A DNA stretch of 64,000 nucleotides from Myxococcales bacterium (GTDB lineage Bacteria > Myxococcota_A > Polyangia > Polyangiales > Polyangiaceae), in assembly GCA_043747615.1 (NCBI GenBank), contig JAYTOU010000024.1, positions 67,295 to 131,294 of the forward strand, in the 5' to 3' direction. Below the pieces are notes generated by a model. The model was not told the origin of the DNA. It searched no databases and saw nothing but the letters and a program-made list of their open reading frames with translations. The position numbers and the translations under genes are program-made. The number at the start of each line of letters is the position of its first letter. Within the stretch, counting starts at the first letter, position 1. Shown piece by piece: positions 58,254 to 64,000 of the stretch.

Positions 58254-59660
58254 CTAATGCCCGACGAGCCCGTAGTAGGTATTCGTCCGGCTTCCGATGC
58301 GGGAGACGATCGCAAAAGGCTCGGCTCCGAGATCGGTGTTCACGCCGGTCTTGAAGATCGTCAGATGGATGGTGTCCCCGTCAGAGCCGGTGGTCTTGTC
58401 GAGCGTGAAGCTGAGGTTCGCCTGCCCGCCCATGAACTGAGAGCCGTCACGGGCCGACACCGTCCAGGGACCGCTCGTGGGCTCATCGCTGAAGAGGTTG
58501 AGATCGATCACCTTGCTCGCGTTGAGACCGATGATGACCCCTTTGGTGGTTACCGTGGGCCCGAATGCGCTCACCGTCACGTCGTCCGTCAAGCGCGGAA
58601 CGGCTTGAAAATAAGCTCCGGCAGCGCTTGGGACGCAGGGGTCGTGTCCGGCGAGCGCGGCGACGTTCGACCACGTGCGCTGAACGACGAAGGAGTACCC
58701 GGGCGGCGCGAAGAAGGCCCGCTCGTTGACGTTGACGCAGAGATCGCCGACCTCGCCACCGAGGAGCACTCCCCAGACGACGTGGTCGTTGTCGGGCAGT
58801 TGGAAGGCGGGCGCGTCCTGAGGGTAGGGATCGGTGACAGCCTCGGCGAACTCGTGGGTCGATGTGCCGGTGAGCGCGTCGATTCCATAGAGCGCGCCGA
58901 AGTTGTCGCAGCGAGGCATGACGGCGTAGGCGACTTTCGTCCCGTCGCTGAGGACGAGGTCGTTGTGGTAGCCACCAAACTGCTGACAGCTCTGCGCGCC
59001 GCCTTCGGTGATCACCGTTCCCGACGGATAGTAGATGGCGTAGAGGATCCCGGGCTTCGGGGGATCGAATGCCGGATCGTGCTTGGCGAGCTTGCCGGCA
59101 AGCCACTTTTGGATCTGGGCGTCGTCGATTTTTCCGGGCGCGGCTTCGGTGAGCCGGACCGGACGGCCGGCGATGGCCTCGCGGACCCCGTACTCACTCG
59201 TCGCCGCGCGCCAATAAGGCGTGCAGCCGACGGACGCAACGAAGTCTTCGATCTCGTCCACGAGATCGTCGTTCGGGAAAGAGATGGCGACGATCGTCGG
59301 ATCGGTGAGCAGGATGCCACCGCTCGACATGGCCTGGGGGGCAGCAAGATGCCCAGTGGGACCGGCCTCGCTGGCATCTGCGCCACCGTCGGCGTTTGCG
59401 CCCGCTGCGTCGGAGGGGGCGGCGTCGAAGGGCGGCGCCGTATCGGCCACACCGGCATCTGACCCGCTGCCGCGAACGCATCGAACCTCCTTCGGCACAT
59501 AAAGTAGCGGAGGCGCGGCTTCCATCTTAGGACGCGCGTCGCTCCCGGCCTCGGTGCCGGCGTCCTCCGGTTCGGCGGGGGCATCGCCGCAGCCAACGAA
59601 AAATATGGAGAAAGGAAGGGCGCACGCCCCCACGACAAAGAAAGCGTAGCCGCTCCGCAT
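58254..59660 (-). CDS. Secreted lipoprotein with PHI-1/EXORDIUM-like HExxE motif
   Basis: FVGC lipobox, GGYH, THEFAEAVTDP, EVGDLC, VQRTWSN..A.AG.DPCVP. Confidence 0.65.
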   Translation of the reverse strand: MRSGYAFFVVGACALPFSIFFVGCGDAPAEPEDAGTEAGSDARPKMEAAPPLLYVPKEVRCVRGSGSDAGVADTAPPFDAAPSDAAGANADGGADASEAGPTGHLAAPQAMSSGGILLTDPTIVAISFPNDDLVDEIEDFVASVGCTPYWRAATSEYGVREAIAGRPVRLTEAAPGKIDDAQIQKWLAGKLAKHDPAFDPPKPGILYAIYYPSGTVITEGGAQSCQQFGGYHNDLVLSDGTKVAYAVMPRCDNFGALYGIDALTGTSTHEFAEAVTDPYPQDAPAFQLPDNDHVVWGVLLGGEVGDLCVNVNERAFFAPPGYSFVVQRTWSNVAALAGHDPCVPSAAGAYFQAVPRLTDDVTVSAFGPTVTTKGVIIGLNASKVIDLNLFSDEPTSGPWTVSARDGSQFMGGQANLSFTLDKTTGSDGDTIHLTIFKTGVNTDLGAEPFAIVSRIGSRTNTYYGLVGH

Positions 59661-59711
59661 GATGGAGCCACCGTGCCACGCAAGCGCCGCTGGGGCGACA
59701 GGATTGTTGGT

Positions 59712-60683
59712 TTAGAAAACTTTGACGCAGTCGCGCCCGGCGCTTTTTGCGCGATACAGCGCCGCATCGGCGTTGCTCACGAGATCAGGCGAGCAGTAGT
59801 CGTTCGTCGCGTCGGCGGCGGCGATCCCGGCGCTGAACCGGATGACACGCTCTTGATTCGCGAGGATGACGGGATGGGCGCGCAGGTCTGAGCGCAAACG
59901 CTCGGCGACGCGCACGGCCATGGCCGCATCGCATTCGCGAAGAAGGAGCATGAACTCTTCGCCGCCGTAGCGAAAAGCTTGATCACCCAGCCGCAATGCG
60001 CTCATCGCGATCCGGCCAACGGTGACGAGAACCCGATCGCCCTCGTCGTGCCCGAAGCTGTCGTTGATCGATTTGAAATGATCGATGTCGAACATCACCA
60101 CCGAAAATGGGCGTCGATGCCTCGCCGCATGAGCCGTCTCTTCACGCAGGCGCACGATGAAATGGCGGCGATTGAAGAGGCCGGTCAGGGCGTCGATCCT
60201 GGCGTTCGATTCCGCGGAATCGAGCTGGGCCATGATGCTTCGCTCGCGTCCAGTGCGCGCGATCGCCGACCGGACCTTGGCCACGAGCACCGGCCCCGAA
60301 AAGGGCTTCGCCATGTGATCGACGGCGCCGAAATCGATTCCCTTTACGATGTCGTCGTCGCTCATGGCGTGCGCTGTTAGGACCACCACCGGCAGGATGG
60401 CCGTCGCAGCATCGGCCTTCAGGCGCGCGGCAACCTCGAAGCCGTCCATCCCCGGCATCATGATGTCGAGCACGATCGCCGCGAACTCCTCTGGGTTCGC
60501 CGTAGCCATCGCGACCCCCTCCGCCCCGGATGACGCTTGCTTCGAGGAAATCCCGGCCCCAGCGAGCCAACGCGCGACGAGCTGACGGGTCGCCTCGTCG
60601 TCGTCGATGAGGAGAACACTTCCGGCCTTCGGTGCGCCCGACACGCTTGCTTTTGTCTGTTCGTCCACGCCGCCCAAGAGCAT
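59712..60683 (-). CDS. REC-GGDEF diguanylate cyclase response regulator
   Basis: LIDDD, LDIMMPGMDG, KP, DALTGLFNRR, DIDHFK..ND..GH, RxxD I-site (RLGD), RYGGEEF. Confidence 0.92.
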   Translation of the reverse strand: MLLGGVDEQTKASVSGAPKAGSVLLIDDDEATRQLVARWLAGAGISSKQASSGAEGVAMATANPEEFAAIVLDIMMPGMDGFEVAARLKADAATAILPVVVLTAHAMSDDDIVKGIDFGAVDHMAKPFSGPVLVAKVRSAIARTGRERSIMAQLDSAESNARIDALTGLFNRRHFIVRLREETAHAARHRRPFSVVMFDIDHFKSINDSFGHDEGDRVLVTVGRIAMSALRLGDQAFRYGGEEFMLLLRECDAAMAVRVAERLRSDLRAHPVILANQERVIRFSAGIAAADATNDYCSPDLVSNADAALYRAKSAGRDCVKVF

Positions 60684-60703
60684 ACGCTACGGCCATGCGG
60701 TCT

Positions 60704-61246
60704 ATGCGAACGATACATTCGAGCCGACGCCGGCTCCGGGGCGCCGCTGCGCTCGTGTCCGTGTTGGTCTCCTCGGGAGTTGCTTGCTCGGTAGGAAGCG
60801 TGGGAGCACCGGCTTCGCCTTCCCCCTCGCAGGTCGTGCCGATGGGCGCGTCGGATTCCGGGGGCAACGAAGGAGGGATCACGAGCGGGCTCTTGAACGG
60901 CTGCACCCAGGCTGACTTCGAGGCAAATGACAAGACGATGCTGGCCGGAGACGCGGGGGCCGCCGGCCGAACGATCACTTTTACGACGCGCGTCGTGAAC
61001 CAGTACGCACCGCCGTGCATGAAGATCAAAGCGGGCCAAGCGGTCACGTGGTCCAGCGCCGACGGGAAGCTTCACGCCTTCGGAAGCCATCCCCTGGAGG
61101 CGTCGGGCGGAGACGCGAACAATCCGATCACGCTACTCGATGACGGCGACGTCGGGACGTTCACCTTCCCAAAGGCCGGCATCTTCGGATTCCACTGCAC
61201 GATGCACCCCCTGAACATGTTCGGAGCGATTCTCGTAGTCCCCTGA
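60704..61246 (+). CDS. Plastocyanin/azurin-like cupredoxin lipoprotein
   Basis: GVAC lipobox, Y.P.C..IKAGQAVTW, HPL, type-1 Cu loop CTMHPLNM. Confidence 0.85.
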   Translation: MRTIHSSRRRLRGAAALVSVLVSSGVACSVGSVGAPASPSPSQVVPMGASDSGGNEGGITSGLLNGCTQADFEANDKTMLAGDAGAAGRTITFTTRVVNQYAPPCMKIKAGQAVTWSSADGKLHAFGSHPLEASGGDANNPITLLDDGDVGTFTFPKAGIFGFHCTMHPLNMFGAILVVP

Positions 61247-61269
61247 GACTCACCGCCGAGCCAGCGCCG

Positions 61270-62298
61270 TCACCACTCCCTGCGCTTGGTCAAACCGCGC
61301 GCGAGCCAGCGAGCGGTTGCCTCTTGGGTGAGCTTGGCATGCTGCTTCTCATCTTCGGGGAACACGTCGAAGATGAAGGGGGCGGCGCGTGAGGGCATGT
61401 CTACCGCACCGCGCGCTTCGAGGAACGCATCGAGGTCTTTCGCGAGCTCGCCGGCAACGGTGTACCGACGCTCGCGATCCGTTTGCAGCGCCTTGACGAT
61501 GATCGCCGTGAGCTCGGGTGGATAATTTGGGACGATGCCTCCGGGATCGGGGATCACTCCTTTGATGATCGCGCGGATGGTGTCGACGTCGTTTGCGCGC
61601 TTGAAAAGGCGCTTGCCCGTGGTCATCTCCCAGAGTGTCGCCCCAAGAGTGAAGATGTCACTCCGGCGATCGAGCGCCTTTTCGGTGACCTGCTCGGGCG
61701 ACAGATAGGGGACTTTCCCCTTCACGATTCCCTGAGCGCTCTTGGCCTTGCGCCCGATCGCTTTCGCAAGGCCGAAGTCGATCAGCTTCACGCGGCCGTC
61801 GAAGGTGAGAAAAATGTTTGTCGGGTTCACGTCGCGGTGAATGAGAGAGAAGGGCACGCCTTTTTCGTTCTTGAGCTCATGGGCGTAGTGCAGCGCGTCC
61901 GCGACCCGCGCGCAGATCCACGCCCCGAGCTCGGCGGGCATCACCTGACCGCGCTCTTCATTGGCTTCCCACAGCTCCGAGAGCGAGCGACCGAGGAGAA
62001 GCTCCATCGCGATGTAGCGATGGGTGCCGCTGAGACCGTATTCGAGGGTCTCGACGATGTTTGGGTGCGACAGGCGGGTGAGGATGTTCGCCTCGTCGAG
62101 GAACATGTCCACGTAGCGCGGATCGTTGACGAGCTCGTGCTTGATGACCTTCAGGGCGAACAAGCGCTCGACTCCCTCGGCGTCTTCCCTTCGACCGAGG
62201 TAGATGACGGCCATTCCTCCGCCGCCAATCGGCGGCCCCACCTCGTAGGGACCCAATCTCTTGGGAATACTCACGGGAGGGACATAAGCCCGGCGCAT
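61270..62298 (-). CDS. Cytoplasmic Ser/Thr protein kinase (kinase domain only)
   Basis: GGGGMA, ALK, HRDVNPTN, DFG, KGKVPYLSPEQ. No TM. Confidence 0.9.
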   Translation of the reverse strand: MRRAYVPPVSIPKRLGPYEVGPPIGGGGMAVIYLGRREDAEGVERLFALKVIKHELVNDPRYVDMFLDEANILTRLSHPNIVETLEYGLSGTHRYIAMELLLGRSLSELWEANEERGQVMPAELGAWICARVADALHYAHELKNEKGVPFSLIHRDVNPTNIFLTFDGRVKLIDFGLAKAIGRKAKSAQGIVKGKVPYLSPEQVTEKALDRRSDIFTLGATLWEMTTGKRLFKRANDVDTIRAIIKGVIPDPGGIVPNYPPELTAIIVKALQTDRERRYTVAGELAKDLDAFLEARGAVDMPSRAAPFIFDVFPEDEKQHAKLTQEATARWLARGLTKRREW

Positions 62299-62326
62299 CG
62301 TCCTTGCAACGAGCTAGACTCACAGC

Positions 62327-62983
62327 GTGACTCGGATTTTTCTCTTTGCAGTGCTCTTGCCCTTTCCGGCTGCGTTTCTCTTCGGCGCGTGCGGCGGCGA
62401 CAAGGCGGCGAGCGACGGCGGAGCTCTGGATGGGGGCACGGCCACGTTGGATCAACACGTGCCTGATAGGGCGCGTCTCGATCACCCACTGCATCCCGAC
62501 GCTTCGTGCAGCGTCACCATCGACACGCCTCCGCTCCTCGACAGCCCGCACGTGCCGGTCGGAACTCCGGTCACCTACGATTCCAATCCTCCGTCGAGCG
62601 GTCCGCACTATCCCATCTGGGCCGCGTTCCAGGAGTTCATGACCCCCGTCGATCGCCGCTATTACGTGCACGATCTTGAGCACGGCGCGGTCGTGCTCCT
62701 CTACCGATGCGACGACGGCTCGGGTTGTCCGGAGATCGTGCAAGGTCTGCGGGACGTGGCCGCTTCACTCGCCGACGATCCGATCTGCAACAAGAGCACC
62801 GGTCCGCGCAACCGCGTCGTCATCACTCCGGATCCGCTCCTGCCGACGACCGTCGCGGCTGCGGCCTGGGGCTGGACGTACACCGCGGACTGCCTCGATG
62901 TCCCGAGCCTGAAAGCGTTCGTCGTTCAGCACTATGGAGACGGCACCGAAGTCTTCTGCGCCAACGGTCAGACCCAGTTTTAG
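62327..62983 (+). CDS. DUF3105-domain lipoprotein
   Basis: FGAC lipobox, YDSNPPSSGPHY, VHDLEHGAVVLLY, AAAAWG. Confidence 0.85.
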   Translation: MTRIFLFAVLLPFPAAFLFGACGGDKAASDGGALDGGTATLDQHVPDRARLDHPLHPDASCSVTIDTPPLLDSPHVPVGTPVTYDSNPPSSGPHYPIWAAFQEFMTPVDRRYYVHDLEHGAVVLLYRCDDGSGCPEIVQGLRDVAASLADDPICNKSTGPRNRVVITPDPLLPTTVAAAAWGWTYTADCLDVPSLKAFVVQHYGDGTEVFCANGQTQF

Positions 62984-63044
62984 GATCGATCTCGCACGGA
63001 CCCTCGGCGCGTGCGCGTTGATCGCCGGATGCCTGCGTGCGAGG

Positions 63045-63998
63045 CTAGCTCGTGAGGCGGCGGGAGAGATCCTGCAGCGTTGCGAGGCAAGGCTTCAATT
63101 TACCGGCGGCGATCGCGTGCACCGTTTCCTGCGCCGCGGTGTTGAACGGCGTGGGAATCCCGTGGAGTTTGCCGCGTACGACGAGCTCACCATTCAGAAA
63201 ATCCACTGACGGCGGGCGACCGCGCTCTATGGCAGCGAGCATCGACGACCGCAGGCGGCGGTAGCGTGCTCCAACCGCGAGGAGCATGGAGTGCTTGGCG
63301 AGAAGGCCGGGCGATCCGCTCGCCGCACGCTCGCCGTCGGTGAGCGCCATCCACTCGAGATCGATCGTGCCCGACACTTTCTCGAGCTGAATTTTTTCTT
63401 TGCGCGCGACCTTCACCGCCTCGGTCATGATCTCCAAGCCGAAACGCCGCACGAAGCGATGAAGCATGAGCGCGCCGAGGGTGTCCCCGCCGATGGTGCC
63501 GAGCGTGGAGATGAACGAGTTGATGGCGAGCTTGCTCCAGCGTGCGCCGGCTAGGTTGCGGGTGACGGTGACCGGGCCGATGGGCTCTAGCAGCGTGGCG
63601 AGCTTGGTTAGGCGTTCGTCGTCTCGGCCGTCGAAGCGACCAATCGTGAAACCGCCACTCGACGTGCGATCGTAAACGCCGGGCTCGGTCATCGCGGCGC
63701 CCCACGCAACGACCGCTCCGACCACTCTGCCCGCTCCGACGATGGGGGCGATGCGCTCCTCGCAGAGGCCATTTTGCAGGCAAACCATCGCTCCGTCGGT
63801 GGCGAGAAAGGGGAGCGCGCTGCGTGCGGCTTCTTCGACCTGCGTGGGCTGCGTCGCGAGAATGATCCAGTCGAAGGGGGCGCTCCCATCGGGCACGTGG
63901 GTGACAGCCCGACCGGCGACCGTCTTCGCGCCATCGACCCCGCGCACCCGAAAGCCTTGCTCGTTCACGGCGGCAGCGATGGCTTCATTCGTGGTGAG
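63045..63998 (-). CDS. panE: Ketopantoate reductase (PanE/ApbA) family, 5' end outside window
   Basis: CLQNG, WSKLAIN, SSML..IERGR...DFLNG, GIPTPFN. Frame open to the edge. Confidence 0.8.
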   Translation of the reverse strand, partial: LTTNEAIAAAVNEQGFRVRGVDGAKTVAGRAVTHVPDGSAPFDWIILATQPTQVEEAARSALPFLATDGAMVCLQNGLCEERIAPIVGAGRVVGAVVAWGAAMTEPGVYDRTSSGGFTIGRFDGRDDERLTKLATLLEPIGPVTVTRNLAGARWSKLAINSFISTLGTIGGDTLGALMLHRFVRRFGLEIMTEAVKVARKEKIQLEKVSGTIDLEWMALTDGERAASGSPGLLAKHSMLLAVGARYRRLRSSMLAAIERGRPPSVDFLNGELVVRGKLHGIPTPFNTAAQETVHAIAAGKLKPCLATLQDLSRRLTS

Positions 63999-64000
63999 AG

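Overview
High-GC, gene-dense chromosomal window. It probably comes from a myxobacterium (Polyangiales-like). That is inferred from four eukaryote-like Ser/Thr kinases, a Myxococcales-type ECF sigma factor, a TPR-PEGA protein and many Cys-rich lipoproteins with DAG-rich linkers. Recognisable housekeeping genes are rhlE, gltBD, tgt, pgi and panE (cut by the right edge). No rRNA, tRNA, CRISPR array, transposase, integrase or phage gene was recognised. Best candidates for undescribed biology: (1) a divergent tRNA-guanine transglycosylase coupled to a stand-alone MnmC/MnmD-type aminomethyl N-methyltransferase and a dehydrogenase-hemerythrin fusion, preceded by a perfect CRP-type palindrome, possibly making a methylated preQ1 RNA modification; (2) a 178-aa skeleton of a benzoate-CoA-ligase-family gene with three in-frame deletions, still coupled to a GMC oxidoreductase; (3) a DUF2760 (possibly GrpE-like) plus twin atypical Hsp70 operon; (4) a lipase-MMPL/RND-LolA-like-beta-barrel lipid-trafficking operon; (5) two related beta-barrel genes whose start codons share one CATG palindrome, one carrying an A10 tract. 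Several orphan gene fragments in intergenic gaps suggest deletion-driven decay. All product calls come from motif recognition by eye; no searches were run.
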